A stretch of 64,000 nucleotides of DNA, taken from contig CAVRAY010000001.1 of NCBI GenBank assembly GCA_963719225.1, positions 1,248,001 through 1,312,000 of the forward strand, given 5' to 3'. Source of the DNA: Thermoanaerobaculia bacterium. Lineage in GTDB: Bacteria; Acidobacteriota; Thermoanaerobaculia; UBA5066. How positions within the stretch are numbered: position 1 is the first letter of the stretch; the number at the start of each line of letters is the position of its first letter. This document shows, in pieces, positions 1-11,285 of this stretch. The notes under the pieces were generated by a model, which was not told where the DNA came from, did no database searches, and saw only the letters and a list, made by a program, of their open reading frames with translations. The position numbers and the translations under genes are program-made.

Positions 1-1361
1 GCCGGGATCGAAAGACCGCCGGCGAGCGCGGCGGCGAGCGCAAACGCGGTGGCCGGCCTTCCGGGCCGGAGAACGAGCAGGCTCGCTCCGGTCAGGGCGA
101 GAGCCACGGCCGCCGATGGAAGGGCGCGGACGACCCATCGCACGAGGAGCTGGCGCCGCGGGGCGAGCGGCAGAGTCCGGAGGACGAGCGCCGCCCGGCC
201 GTCGGAGGAGATCGAAGGATAGGCGAAGCGCAGCGACAGCGCCGAGACGAGGAAGAGCGAGAGGCCCGTCTGCAAGCCCGCGACGAGGTCCCGCTGCGAG
301 GCGTCCGCCCCGGGCAGAAGCCGGACGTTCATCAGGTCGAGCAGGAAGACCGCCGCGAGAGATCCGAGCTGGGCGGGAGTGGAGGCGTCTCGAAAAAGAG
401 TCGCCGCTTCGGCGCGGATCAGCTCTCTTCCGAGCGACCGGGCCTCCCGGCCCGTTCGAACCCGGCCGGCCCGCGCGGCGGGACCCGTGGACGATTGTCG
501 GAAGACGTGGAGGTGGAGACGCCAGAGACTCGCCGGAACGAGCAGGAAGGCGGCGAGGCCCACGAGGAGAAGCGCGGTTCCCGGAACGAGCCCCGCTGCC
601 TCGCCGAGGAGACCGCGCGTGGCCGCGCGCGCAGCCCAGGCGGCCGGATCCAGCCCCGGCGAGTCCGGGGGTCTGGCGCCGAGTCGCGTCACGACGGAAA
701 GAGCTTCGACCGGATCGAGGAGTCGCTCCGGCCGCGCGGCGCGAAACCCGACGAGAGCTGCGGCAAGACCGGTCGCCGAGAGGAACGCGGCGAGCAGGCG
801 CGCGCGTGTCGGCGGCACGAGACGCACGAGGAGAAGCGCTGCCGCGATCCCCGCCGCGCCCGCGAGCAGAATCACGCCCGCGAGCGGCACGGCGCCCGCC
901 GCGAACGCGAGGAGGGGACGTCCGCCGGCGAGAGAGGCGACGACAAGAGCGGGTATCGAAAGGAGAAGCGCCGGCGCGGAAGCGAGGGCGATCGTCAGAA
1001 TGGCCTGCCTCCTCACGAGCCGCGCGTGGGCGAAGGGGAGCACACATAGCGCGCCGAGCTCGTCCGAGAGAAAGAGAGTGGAGACCGCCGTGGTGAGCGA
1101 TCCGAGGAATCCAAGGGCGAGCGCCGCCGTGAATGCGAACCCGAGAAGGCGCTCGAGGAGGAACGCGGGCCGGAGCTCCGGGAGCTCGCCGAGGGCCGCG
1201 CGCGAGGCCCTCAGAGCGCCCTCGAGGCCGGCCGCCTCGAGGCCTGCGAACGCGAGGAGAGCGAGGAGTCCCCCGCCCGCGGCCAGGCGCCCGCGGGCGT
1301 CGCCCGCCAGGAGCGTCCGTCCGGCCGCCCGGGCGGAGTTCCAACGGAACACCGCGTTCAC
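1..1361 (-). CDS. Putative ABC transporter permease (3' end runs off the window)
   Basis: GTG at 1361 overlaps the ATPase stop (GTGA). My translation gives a hydrophobic protein (LLERLLGFAFTAALALGFLGSLTTAVSTLFLSDELGALCVLP). Not in the supplied ORF track. Confidence 0.75.
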   Translation of the reverse strand, partial: MNAVFRWNSARAAGRTLLAGDARGRLAAGGGLLALLAFAGLEAAGLEGALRASRAALGELPELRPAFLLERLLGFAFTAALALGFLGSLTTAVSTLFLSDELGALCVLPFAHARLVRRQAILTIALASAPALLLSIPALVVASLAGGRPLLAFAAGAVPLAGVILLAGAAGIAAALLLVRLVPPTRARLLAAFLSATGLAAALVGFRAARPERLLDPVEALSVVTRLGARPPDSPGLDPAAWAARAATRGLLGEAAGLVPGTALLLVGLAAFLLVPASLWRLHLHVFRQSSTGPAARAGRVRTGREARSLGRELIRAEAATLFRDASTPAQLGSLAAVFLLDLMNVRLLPGADASQRDLVAGLQTGLSLFLVSALSLRFAYPSISSDGRAALVLRTLPLAPRRQLLVRWVVRALPSAAVALALTGASLLVLRPGRPATAFALAAALAGGLSIP

Positions 1362-2110
1362 GGCTTCGGCGGTCCGCCCGCGAGGTCGAAAAAGACGGCC
1401 GAGAGCGCTCCTCCCCGGCCCGAGGCGGTGTCGAGATTCCGGGGAGAGCCCCGCGCGACGAGCCGGCCTTCGACGAGAAGGCCCGCGGCGGATGCGATCT
1501 CTTCGGCGAGCGCGAGCTGATGCGTCGTGAGCAGGACGGCGGCTCCCTTTGCGGCGTGAGCGCGCAGGCGTTCCGAAAGCCCGCGCTGGGCGAGCGGATC
1601 GAGACCGACCATGGGCTCGTCGAGAACGAGGACGGAGGGATCGTGGAGAAACGCCTGGGCCAGCGCCACGCGCTGCCGCGTGCCGTGAGAGAGGGTCTCG
1701 TTGCGTTCCGAGGAGACCTCCTCGAGCTGGAATGCGACGAGCTCCGCGTCGATGCGCTCTTCGAGCTCCGCTCCGCGGTTCCCGAACGTCGCGCCCACGA
1801 AGCGCAGGGTCTCCCGTGGGGTCCATTTCGGCCAGAGATAGGGCCTGTCGGGAACGAAGCCCAGGCGCCGCTTGGCCGCGACGGGATCGCGCGCGACGTC
1901 GATCCCGCACACGTAGGTGCGGCCCGCGGTCGGGGCCAGGAGCCCGGTCAAGAGGCCGATGGCGGTCGTCTTCCCGGCGCCGTTCGGGCCCACGAGCGCG
2001 AAGACCGCGCCCGCGGGCACGTCGAGCGTCAGGTCCGCGAGCGCCGTCTTCCGGCCGTACGTCTTGGTCGCCCCGTCGAACCGGATCGACGGGAGTGCGG
2101 CCCCGTCAGG
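1358..2110 (-). CDS. ABC transporter ATP-binding protein (start uncertain; first canonical start at 2020)
   Basis: Walker [10 protein letters not shown], signature LSHGTRQR, Walker B VLVLDEP, H-loop TTH. The in-frame upstream extension [24 protein letters not shown] is a typical ABC N-terminus. Confidence 0.9.
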   Translation of the reverse strand, partial: PDGAALPSIRFDGATKTYGRKTALADLTLDVPAGAVFALVGPNGAGKTTAIGLLTGLLAPTAGRTYVCGIDVARDPVAAKRRLGFVPDRPYLWPKWTPRETLRFVGATFGNRGAELEERIDAELVAFQLEEVSSERNETLSHGTRQRVALAQAFLHDPSVLVLDEPMVGLDPLAQRGLSERLRAHAAKGAAVLLTTHQLALAEEIASAAGLLVEGRLVARGSPRNLDTASGRGGALSAVFFDLAGGPPKP

Positions 2111-3404
2111 CGTAGAGACCCCGCACCTGCATGTCGTAGGCGACGCGCTGGATGGCGACCATGTAAGCCGCGATGCGGTACGAGACGCCGTGGGTGGCGG
2201 CCATGTCGCGCACGTCGCCGAAGGACTGGACCATCATCTCCTCGAGGCGCTCGTTGACCTCCTGCTCGCGCCAGAAGAAGCCCATCCGGTCCTGCACCCA
2301 CTCGAAGTAGGACACCGTGACGCCCCCGCCGTTCGCGAGGATGTCCGGGATGACGACGACGCCCTTCTTCTGAAGGACCTCGTCTGCGTCGTACGTCGTG
2401 GGGCCGTTCGCGCCCTCGAGGATGATCTTCGCGCGGATGTCCTTGGCGTTCTCGGTCGTGATCTGGTTCTCGAGAGCGGCCGGGACGAGGATGTCGCAAT
2501 CGATCGTGAGGAGGTCGCTCGCGTCGAGAGGGGTGCTTCCCGGGAAGCCGACCACGCTCTTGGTCTTCGCGACGTACTCGAGGAGCTTCGGGACGTCGAG
2601 CCCGGCCTTGTTCTGGATGGCGCCGTTCACGTCGGAAACCGCGATGACCTTCGCGCCCTGAAGAAAGAACATCTTCGCCGAGATCGACCCGACGTTCCCG
2701 AAACCCTGCACGGCGACGCGCGCGCCGTCGAGCGGCACGCCGTGGGCCTTCCCGGCCTCGCGGCCCGCGATCATGACGCCCCGCCCCGTGGCCTCCACGC
2801 GGCCGCGCGATCCGCCGATCGTGATCGGCTTGCCGGTGACGACGCTCGTGACGGTGTGGCGCATGTGCATCGAGTACGTGTCCATGAGCCATGCCATCGT
2901 CTGGGAGTCGGTGCCCACGTCGGGGGCGGGGACGTCCTTCTCGGGGCCGAGGACGTCCATGAGCTCGGCGGTGTAGCGGCGCGTGATCCGCTCGAGCTCG
3001 CCGCGCGAAAGCTTGCGCGGGTCGCAGATGACCCCGCCCTTTCCGCCGCCGAACGGGATGTTCATGACGGCGCACTTCCACGTCATCCAGGAGGCGAGCG
3101 CGCGCACCTCGTCGAGCGTCACGTGGGGGTCGTAGCGGATTCCGCCCTTCGCCGGGCCGCGGGCGATGTTGTGATGCACCCGGTAGCCAATGAAGAGCTC
3201 GATTCGTCCGTCGTCCATGATGACGGGGATCGATACCTTCACCTCCTTGATGGGCTCGCGCAGCACCTTGCAGAGCCCGGCATCGAGCTTCAGGAGACGC
3301 GCGGCGTGGTCGAAACGCGACGCCATTTCCTCGAACGGGTTGATCGCCGCATCGCGGGCGGGGCGATGCAGGACGCCCGACGTGGATTCGGGATTGAAAG
3401 TCAC
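2106..3404 (-). CDS. gdhA: Glu/Leu/Phe/Val dehydrogenase (glutamate dehydrogenase)
   Basis: [42 protein letters not shown] and [19 protein letters not shown] motifs. Confidence 0.95.
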   Translation of the reverse strand: MTFNPESTSGVLHRPARDAAINPFEEMASRFDHAARLLKLDAGLCKVLREPIKEVKVSIPVIMDDGRIELFIGYRVHHNIARGPAKGGIRYDPHVTLDEVRALASWMTWKCAVMNIPFGGGKGGVICDPRKLSRGELERITRRYTAELMDVLGPEKDVPAPDVGTDSQTMAWLMDTYSMHMRHTVTSVVTGKPITIGGSRGRVEATGRGVMIAGREAGKAHGVPLDGARVAVQGFGNVGSISAKMFFLQGAKVIAVSDVNGAIQNKAGLDVPKLLEYVAKTKSVVGFPGSTPLDASDLLTIDCDILVPAALENQITTENAKDIRAKIILEGANGPTTYDADEVLQKKGVVVIPDILANGGGVTVSYFEWVQDRMGFFWREQEVNERLEEMMVQSFGDVRDMAATHGVSYRIAAYMVAIQRVAYDMQVRGLYA

Positions 3405-3482
3405 GAAGCCTCCTTGGAACGAGTCTCGGCCGCTCTCTCATTCTATCCGGGCGACGTGTCCTTGGTATGTCACCATCTCGCC

Positions 3483-4064
3483 ATGTCGGCCCCCGATACG
3501 CGCGAGGACGCGGAGCTCGTCAAGCTCGTCCTCGCGGGCGACACGGAGCTCTACGCCGTGCTCGTGAACCGCTATCGCACGCGCGTTTCCCGATACGTAG
3601 AGCGCTTTACGTACGACGTGGAGGACGCCCGCGACGTCACGCAGGACGTCTTCGTCAAAGTGTATGGCGCGCTCGACTCGTTCGACCCGCATTTCAAGTT
3701 TTCCACATGGCTCTTCCGCATCGCCGGAAACGCTGCGATCGATCACCTGCGGCGGCGGCGCGTCCGCACGCTGCCGCTCGAGTACCCCTCCGGAGAGGAT
3801 GGCGAGATGCGCGCCGTGGATCCTCCCGAAGTGCGGCCGAATCCTCACGAGGAGCTCACCCGCCGGCGCCTTCGAGATGCCCTTTCAGCGGCCATCGACC
3901 GTTTGCCTGACGACTATCGGGAGCTCATCAGCCTCCGCCACTACGGCGAAATGCCCTACGAAGAGATCGCCGACCTCAAAGGCATGCCGCTCGGAACCGT
4001 CAAGAACAAGCTCTTCCGGGCGCGCCAGGCCCTGCGAGATCTTTTGCCCAAGGACATCGTATAG
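3483..4064 (+). CDS. ECF RNA polymerase sigma factor (SigW/RpoE-like)
   Basis: DVTQDVFVKVY, FSTWLFRIAGNAAIDHLRR (region 2); YEEIADLKGMPLGTVKNKLFRAR (region 4). C-terminal part of ORF 1917..4064. Confidence 0.93.
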   Translation: MSAPDTREDAELVKLVLAGDTELYAVLVNRYRTRVSRYVERFTYDVEDARDVTQDVFVKVYGALDSFDPHFKFSTWLFRIAGNAAIDHLRRRRVRTLPLEYPSGEDGEMRAVDPPEVRPNPHEELTRRRLRDALSAAIDRLPDDYRELISLRHYGEMPYEEIADLKGMPLGTVKNKLFRARQALRDLLPKDIV

Positions 4065-4073
4065 AGGAACGGG

Positions 4074-4595
4074 ATGATCGACATCAGCCGCGACCGCGCC
4101 CGGGACGCCCACCCGCCCTCCCCGGAGGAGCTGGAGGCGGACCGCCGTCTGGAACTCATTCTGGATGAGTGTGTTATGGCGTCGCCGGCCGCTCCCTTCG
4201 AAGCCGACCTCACGGCTCGTGTCATGGCGGCGCGGCCCTTCGCGGCCTGGGAGGTCCGCCGGGCCGGTGCATGGCGCGTTCCTGCCCTCGTGGCGACGAC
4301 CTTCCTCGCGGCCAGCCTCGCCATCTTCCTGGCTCCCCTCTGGACGCTCGGACCCGGAACCGCACTCGAGACTTGGGCGCGCGTGATGGCGGCGGGGACG
4401 GCGGGAGGTCTCCCGGCTCTTCTCGCGGCCGTGCCCGCGCTCGCGAGCGCCCTCGCGGCGGTCTTCGCGAGCGCGTCCGGCACGCGCCCGGTGCTCGCCG
4501 GCGCGCTGCTCGCTTCGGGCAGCGCCCTTGCGCTTCTCGCCGGGCGGCTGGCGCAGCGTCCCTCGCGCCTCGGCGCGATCGCACGCCGCGGCTGA
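4074..4595 (+). CDS. Membrane protein, probable anti-sigma factor
   Basis: Directly follows the ECF sigma gene; short cytoplasmic N-terminus (APFEADLTARVMA) then hydrophobic helices. Confidence 0.6.
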   Translation: MIDISRDRARDAHPPSPEELEADRRLELILDECVMASPAAPFEADLTARVMAARPFAAWEVRRAGAWRVPALVATTFLAASLAIFLAPLWTLGPGTALETWARVMAAGTAGGLPALLAAVPALASALAAVFASASGTRPVLAGALLASGSALALLAGRLAQRPSRLGAIARRG

Positions 4596-4607
4596 CGCGA
4601 GGGGCGT

Positions 4608-5588
4608 GTGAGCCGCTCGAAGCGCTTGACGAGGAGCCGGGCGACTCGGGCGCTTCTATTGATTCTGATTGTCGCTCCGGCAGTCGCGTGGCGCGCGAAG
4701 GCCGAGGAGAGCTCGTTGTCCATTCCCATCGGCACGCTCCGAGCCGGTGATGTCGTGGTCCTCGGGAAGCAGTTTTTCTTAGAAGGTGAATTGGAAGGGA
4801 GCGCCGTGCTCGTCGGAGGAAGCACGGCGGTCGTGTCGGGCCGCATTCATCGCGACCTCATCCTCCTCGGCGCGAACGCGACGGTTCGCCGCGGCGCCCG
4901 CATCGATGGCGACGTGCTTTCCGTCGGCGGTTCTCTCACCTTCGAAGAAATCCCCGGTGGTCACTCTTCGGACGTGACGACGAGCACGACCACGGCGCAA
5001 GTGGGGGGGCACGTCCGCACGATCACCGCTCTCGAGGCGGCCGTCGTCTCCGAGCTCGAGACCTCTCCGCTGACGTCCGGCAGGACCTCGCCGCTCGTTC
5101 TTTCCTTCCGCCTGTTTCTGCTCTTCTGCTGGCTCGTCGTCTCCATCGGACTCCTCTATCTCGCCCCCCGCCAGGTCCTTCGTGCGGCGGACGGGTCGCG
5201 CGGCCGCCTCGCGTTTCTCGCCGCGCTCGGCGCGACCGCGGTCTTGACCGCGCTCCTCCTCGCGGCCTTCGCTCTGTCGATCCTCCCGGCTCGTCTCGCG
5301 CTCGCCCTCGGCGTGGCGCTCCTCCTCGCGCTCGCCGCCGCGAAGGTCTTCGGTCTCGCGGCGCTCTTCGTCGTCCTGGGCCGCCGCGCGACGCCCCGCG
5401 CCGTGCGCGGCGATCTCCTGTTCGGAGACCCGGCGGCGCTCGCGGCCGGCCTTCTCCTCCTCGGCCTCGCGTCTCTCGTGCCCGTCGCCGGCCCTCTCGT
5501 CTGGAGTCTCGCGTCGCTCGCGGGAATCGGCGTCGCTCTCGCGGCTGTCGTGTCGCGCGAGCCGCGCCTCGTGCTCGCCGCCTCCTGA
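4608..5588 (+). CDS. Bactofilin-like (polymer-forming) beta-helix domain plus multi-pass membrane domain protein
   Basis: Signal peptide, repeated GDVVVLG / GSAVLVGG / RDLILLGA / GDVLSVGG units, then about 5 TM helices. Confidence 0.65.
   Translation: MSRSKRLTRSRATRALLLILIVAPAVAWRAKAEESSLSIPIGTLRAGDVVVLGKQFFLEGELEGSAVLVGGSTAVVSGRIHRDLILLGANATVRRGARIDGDVLSVGGSLTFEEIPGGHSSDVTTSTTTAQVGGHVRTITALEAAVVSELETSPLTSGRTSPLVLSFRLFLLFCWLVVSIGLLYLAPRQVLRAADGSRGRLAFLAALGATAVLTALLLAAFALSILPARLALALGVALLLALAAAKVFGLAALFVVLGRRATPRAVRGDLLFGDPAALAAGLLLLGLASLVPVAGPLVWSLASLAGIGVALAAVVSREPRLVLAAS
4764..4955. repeat. Intragenic convergent motif pair
   Basis: Forward TTTTTCTTAGAAGGTGAA (4773-4790); reverse TCACCTTCGAAGAAATCCCC (4936-4955). 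Confidence 0.7.
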
Positions 5589-5640
5589 TAGGCTCCGGCG
5601 AGAGCCCTCCAAAGGGGCCTCGAAGGAGATCGAGATTCCG

Positions 5641-6512
<872 letters not shown>

Positions 6513-6516
<4 letters not shown>

Positions 6517-8375
6517 TCTGTCAGGTCTGCGGCGCGACGAACGACCTCGATCGCGAATACTGCATCAAGTGCCAGAGCAAGCTCCTCGTGGTTTCGGGAG
6601 CGCCCGAGGCGTACGAAGAGGCGACACCGCAGGAAGAGGGGGTCTCGCTGGATGAGCACCTCCTCGAGCGCGTGAGCATCCTCGAGGAGATCGTCAAGCG
6701 CAGCGCCGAGACGCTGAAGATGCTCCTCGACGCCCTGAACCGGCAGGAAAAGAACGGCTTCGTCGCGCAGACCGGCCTCCTGGCCCTCAAGGACCTTCTC
6801 GAGAGGAAGGGCCTCCTCGTGGAGGAGGAGCTGCTCGATCTCTGGGAGACGCGCGTCGACCACCACATGACCGCGATGGAGAAGCGCGAGCGCTTCCTCG
6901 AGCGCAAGGAGCGGATGCTCGGCGGCTTCTCGGGAGACCGGCGGGATCGCTTCAAAGGGCTGCTTTCGGACGCCGAGTTCGCGTTCTACGCGCTCGATCC
7001 GGACAAGGCGGTGAAGGTGCTCGAGGAGGCGTACCGCCTGGACCGGGACAACGCCGACCTCGCCTTCTTCCTGGGCGAGACGTACTTCAACGAGGGCGAG
7101 ACCGACCGGGCGGGGGCGATGCTCCGCGCCGTTCTCGCGAAGGAGCCGAAACACTTCGACGCGCTCGTGTACGTCGGCGTTCTCGAGAACGAGGCGGGCC
7201 GCACGGATCGCGCGCTCGAGGTCCTGAAGGAAGCCGTCGCCGTCAGGCCCGACGCGTTCCTGCCTCACTTCACGCTCGGAGCGCTTTACGCGCTTCAGGG
7301 CCAGCTCGCACGGGCGGAGACCTTCCTGAAGAAGGCGGTCGAGCTCGACGAGAATGCGCAGGCGTTTTCTCTCCTCGGCACGATCGCGTACGAGCGCGGC
7401 CGGCTCACCGAGGCGATCGAGGCCTTCCAGAAGGCCGTGCGCCTGGATCCCGACGACGAGGACGCGCTCTACCAGCTCGGCCTCTGCTATCTCGACCGCG
7501 GGTGGACGCAGAAGGCGGCGGAACGGTTCCAGTCCGCTCTCGAGCTGAACCCGAACCGGATCGAATACCAGGAAGCGTCGAAGCTCCTGGCGCCGTCCGG
7601 GGGTCGCGCGCTCCCGAAAGTGACCGGCGAGGCGGCACAGCTCGCCCGCAGGGCCGAAGCGGCCGCGGGGCGCGACCCGCAGAAGGCGATGGCGCTCTAC
7701 CGCCGCGCGCTGAAGCTCGACCCGGAGAACCCGACGCTCCTCATCGCACATGCTCTCCTCTGCTCGGCCGTGGGCAGGACGTCCGACGCGGTCGCCACGA
7801 CGCGGCGGGTCCTCTCCCGCGCGCCGGGCGAGATGGTCGCCGCGGCCGCCTACACGACTCTCCTCGAAGCGCTCAAGGCCGAAGGGAAGTTCCGCGAGGG
7901 AAGCCGCGTCGCCGAGGAGATGCTCGGGGCGGTGAAGTCCAACTACGCGCGCTCGATCGCGTACTTCCAGCGGGCCACGACGCTCGCGGAGATGGGGGAG
8001 GACCTCGACGCGGCGCTGGAGCTCGCTGATCTCTCGCTCAAGCTCTCGCCGAAGGAAATGCGGCAGTTCCCGCTCGCGGCCAAGGGCTGGGTCCACTACA
8101 AGCGGCGCGAATACGACCGCGCCGTGGAATGTCTGCGCCGCGCCACGGACCTCGGCGAGACGCCGACCTCTCTCACTCACCTGGGCCTCGCGTACCTCGC
8201 GCTCGGAGACGCGCGGGCCGCGCGACAGGCCTTCGGGCGGGCGAAGCGGCGCGACACGCGAGTCTCGGCAGGGCGCGGCCTCGAGGCGAAGATGCTCGAG
8301 CAGATCCGGCGGAACCTCCAGCTCACGGAGAAGCTCGCAAACCGCGGGCGCACGCGCCCGCGCGACCGCCGCTGA
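6513..8375 (+). CDS. Zinc-ribbon plus tetratricopeptide-repeat protein
   Basis: GTGA-coupled to hbd. N-terminal CQVC...CIKC, a coiled segment, then many TPR helix pairs (e.g. [13 protein letters not shown]). Confidence 0.85.
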
Positions 8376-8389
8376 AGCGCATTTCCCGC

Positions 8390-8419
8390 TTGACACGTCA
8401 GCTCGACTGGCGATAGCGT
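8390..8419 (+). promoter_or_regulatory. Candidate sigma70 promoter of the TonB-receptor/lipid operon
   Basis: TTGACA at 8390-8395 and TAGCGT 18 bp downstream, followed by the imperfect palindrome AAACATACCGAGTGTTC (possible operator). Confidence 0.4.
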
Positions 8420-8477
8420 CCAAAAACATACCGAGTGTTCGGGATTTTGCCGCTCGACGGCGATGGAGGAGGACGAC

Positions 8478-11285
8478 ATGGTGAATTGCACGAGGATCGC
8501 GCGCACGGTGAGATTTCTCGCGCCCGCCGCCGCCCTGGTCCTGGTGGTCGCGGCGTTCTTCGCGGCGTCCCCAGCCGGAGCCCAGACGGCGACCGCGACA
8601 CTCGACGTCGTGGCGACGGACGGCGCGGGCGGCCCGCTGCCCGGCGTCACCGTCGAGGTGAAGCGTCCGGAGACGGGCCTTTCGCGGACCGGGGTCACCG
8701 GGAGCGGCGGCCTCGCGTCTTTCCCCGCGTTGCCCCCCGGTACGTACGACGTCGCCGTGAAGCTCGCGGGCTTCGAGACCGTCGAGCAGAAGGGCCTCGT
8801 CCTCCTCGTCGGCCAGAGCGCGCGAGTCAGCGCGACACTGCAGGGCAAGAGGAGCGAGACGGTGAGCGTCGTCGCCTCGGCGCCGCTCGTGGACGTCTAC
8901 AAGACGGACTCCTCGACGAACATCACGCCACAGCTGATCCGCGACCTCCCGACGCCGGACCGCGACTTCCAGAAGCTGGCCTTCATCGCACCCGGCGTCG
9001 AGCGCGAGCGCGGCGGGTTCCGCTTCGTGACGGGAGGCCCGGTCATCGGCGGAGGCGGCAACGCGAGCCAGCAGACGATTCTGGTGGACGGCGTCGACTT
9101 CACCGACCCGGCTCTCGGCCAGGCCAAGACGAAGTTCTCGCAGGACGCGATCTCCGAGTTCCGCGTCATCAACAACCGGTTCGACGCAGAGATCGGCGGC
9201 TCCTCGGGAGGTGCGCTGTCGATCCTGACGAAGACCGGCACGAACACGTTCGCCGGGTCGCTCTTCGGCTTCTACCGCGGCGGCGCGCTGCGCGCGAAAG
9301 GCGCCGGGGAAGAGGACTCCGGAATCAGCTATCTCCGCGACCAGTTCGGGTTCACGGCCGGCGGACCGATCGTGAAGGACCAGACGCATTTCTTCGGCTC
9401 CTTCGAGCAGATCAACTCGACGACGGCGATCCTCGTCCGGCCGCAGGGCGCGTTCAAGGACGCGCTGAAGGCGGACGTCAAGCACCCGTTCCACCAGTCT
9501 CTCGGGTACGCGGGCGTCGACCAGACGCTGTCCGACTCGAACAATCTCACGGCGAAGGTCGAGTACGAGCGGTATCGCGAGAACAACTTCCGCGTCGGAG
9601 GCGTCGCCGACGTGACGAACGGGCAGGAGCTCAATCGTGACAACCTCAACGTCACGGTCGGAGATACGGCCGTCCTTGGCTCGACGACGGTCAACGAGCT
9701 CCGCGCGCAGTATGGAAAGAGGAAGTACGACGAGCCGCCGAACTCGACGGCGCCCACCGAGTGGTACACGCGGGGAACGACCCTCACAACCGGCGGAAGC
9801 CTCTACGGGGACCTCTTCGGCGACGGGAACCAGTGGGAGCTGCGCGACACGCTCAACCTCCACCTCGGGGGCAAGACGGGCACGCACGACGTGAAGATCG
9901 GCGCGGCGTTCCAGCGCGTCGTGGACGAGTCGAACATCCCCGTGTATTCGCCCGGGCTCTTCTACTACCTCGGGGACACGAAGGCCCTTCTCTTCGCGTA
10001 CCTGTACGGCGTCGGCTCCGCGGACGTCACGGCGAACACGAACCGGATCGCGGCGTTCGTCCAGGACGACTGGAAGCCGATCTCGAACCTTTCCGTGAGT
10101 CTTGGCGTACGGTACGACCTCGACACGAACGCCAACAACCCGGACTTCAAGCAGCCGGTCCTCGGCATCGACGGGCGCAAGGTGGATTCGACGAACATCC
10201 AGCCGCGCCTCGGCTTTTCGTACGACATCGCCGGGAACGGCAAGTACGTCGCGCGCGGGGGTGTGGGAATCTTCACGGGTCGTTATCTGCTGGTCCCCCT
10301 TTTCACGGAGCTCCAGCAGAACGGCATCACGGGCCGCATCACGTACACGAACGCGAATGGAGCTCTCCTCGGCTTCCCGCAGTTCACGCTCGATCCGAAC
10401 AACCCGGCGAACACGGGCATCCGGTCCAAGCCCGCGATTGGTCTCATGGCGCCCGAGCTGAAGGCGCCGCAGTCCACGCAGGCGACGCTCGGCTTCACGA
10501 CGCGCCTCGGAAAGACGGGTCTCTACGCCGACGTCGAGGGCGTCTACATGAAGGGCCGCAACGAGATCGCGGTCCGCGACGTGAACTGGAGCGGAGACGC
10601 TACCCACATCCGCCCGATCGCGGTGTACGACCAGGTCAACGAGTACACGAACGACGGCCGGTCCGAGTACAAGGCCCTCGTCTTCGCCGTGAACGGTAGT
10701 CTGAAGGGCGGCCACGTGATCGCAGCCTCGGTTACCTTCGCGAGCAAGCACAACATCAACGACGACTTCAGCCCCGAGTTCCCGACGGGCTACCCGAGCG
10801 ATCCGGCGAACATGGAGGCCGAGTACGGGCGGGCGCGGTCGTACGAGCGCATGCGCATCGTGGTGTCGGGCGTGGCCCGGCTGCCGTGGCAGATCTCCGT
10901 CGCGCCGGTCTTCGAATACGGCACCGGCCAGCCGTGGACGCGGCGCCGCGGCTACGACTTCAATGGCGACGGCAAGACCGGCGACCGCCTGCCGGGCGTG
11001 GACCGCTTCGGTGAGGACGGCCCGCGCTACAGCAGCCTGAACCTTCGGGTCGCCAAGGCGGTGCCTCTCTCCGGGATTAGCATCGACGTCATCGCCGAGG
11101 TCTTCAACCTCTTCAACACGGTCAACTACGACGTCACGACCATCGACAACGCGGAATTCCTGTCAGGGCCGACGGCCGCGAACCCGGCGCTCCCCCCCGT
11201 GACGAACTCGCACTACGGGGTCTACACGTCGACGCTGCCGTCCTCTTCGCGCGAGGTCCAGCTCGGCCTGAGGGTGAGCTTCTGA
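8478..11285 (+). CDS. TonB-dependent receptor (Oar-like, N-terminal carboxypeptidase-regulatory-like domain)
   Basis: Signal peptide, LPGVTV...LPPGTYDV, DAISEFRV...FDAEIG, FVQDDWK, LGVRYD, QPRLGFSYD, C-terminal QLGLRVSF; GGAGGA RBS before ATG 8478. Confidence 0.92.
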   Translation: MVNCTRIARTVRFLAPAAALVLVVAAFFAASPAGAQTATATLDVVATDGAGGPLPGVTVEVKRPETGLSRTGVTGSGGLASFPALPPGTYDVAVKLAGFETVEQKGLVLLVGQSARVSATLQGKRSETVSVVASAPLVDVYKTDSSTNITPQLIRDLPTPDRDFQKLAFIAPGVERERGGFRFVTGGPVIGGGGNASQQTILVDGVDFTDPALGQAKTKFSQDAISEFRVINNRFDAEIGGSSGGALSILTKTGTNTFAGSLFGFYRGGALRAKGAGEEDSGISYLRDQFGFTAGGPIVKDQTHFFGSFEQINSTTAILVRPQGAFKDALKADVKHPFHQSLGYAGVDQTLSDSNNLTAKVEYERYRENNFRVGGVADVTNGQELNRDNLNVTVGDTAVLGSTTVNELRAQYGKRKYDEPPNSTAPTEWYTRGTTLTTGGSLYGDLFGDGNQWELRDTLNLHLGGKTGTHDVKIGAAFQRVVDESNIPVYSPGLFYYLGDTKALLFAYLYGVGSADVTANTNRIAAFVQDDWKPISNLSVSLGVRYDLDTNANNPDFKQPVLGIDGRKVDSTNIQPRLGFSYDIAGNGKYVARGGVGIFTGRYLLVPLFTELQQNGITGRITYTNANGALLGFPQFTLDPNNPANTGIRSKPAIGLMAPELKAPQSTQATLGFTTRLGKTGLYADVEGVYMKGRNEIAVRDVNWSGDATHIRPIAVYDQVNEYTNDGRSEYKALVFAVNGSLKGGHVIAASVTFASKHNINDDFSPEFPTGYPSDPANMEAEYGRARSYERMRIVVSGVARLPWQISVAPVFEYGTGQPWTRRRGYDFNGDGKTGDRLPGVDRFGEDGPRYSSLNLRVAKAVPLSGISIDVIAEVFNLFNTVNYDVTTIDNAEFLSGPTAANPALPPVTNSHYGVYTSTLPSSSREVQLGLRVSF

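Noticed and set aside
1917-3482. Apparent long N-terminal extension of the sigma factor (likewise the extended ORFs starting at 6180, 11389, 13181, 30087, 56941 and 59718)
   Set aside because: The extensions overlap real upstream or antisense genes; better starts exist at coupled GTGA/ATGA junctions or just before the conserved domain.
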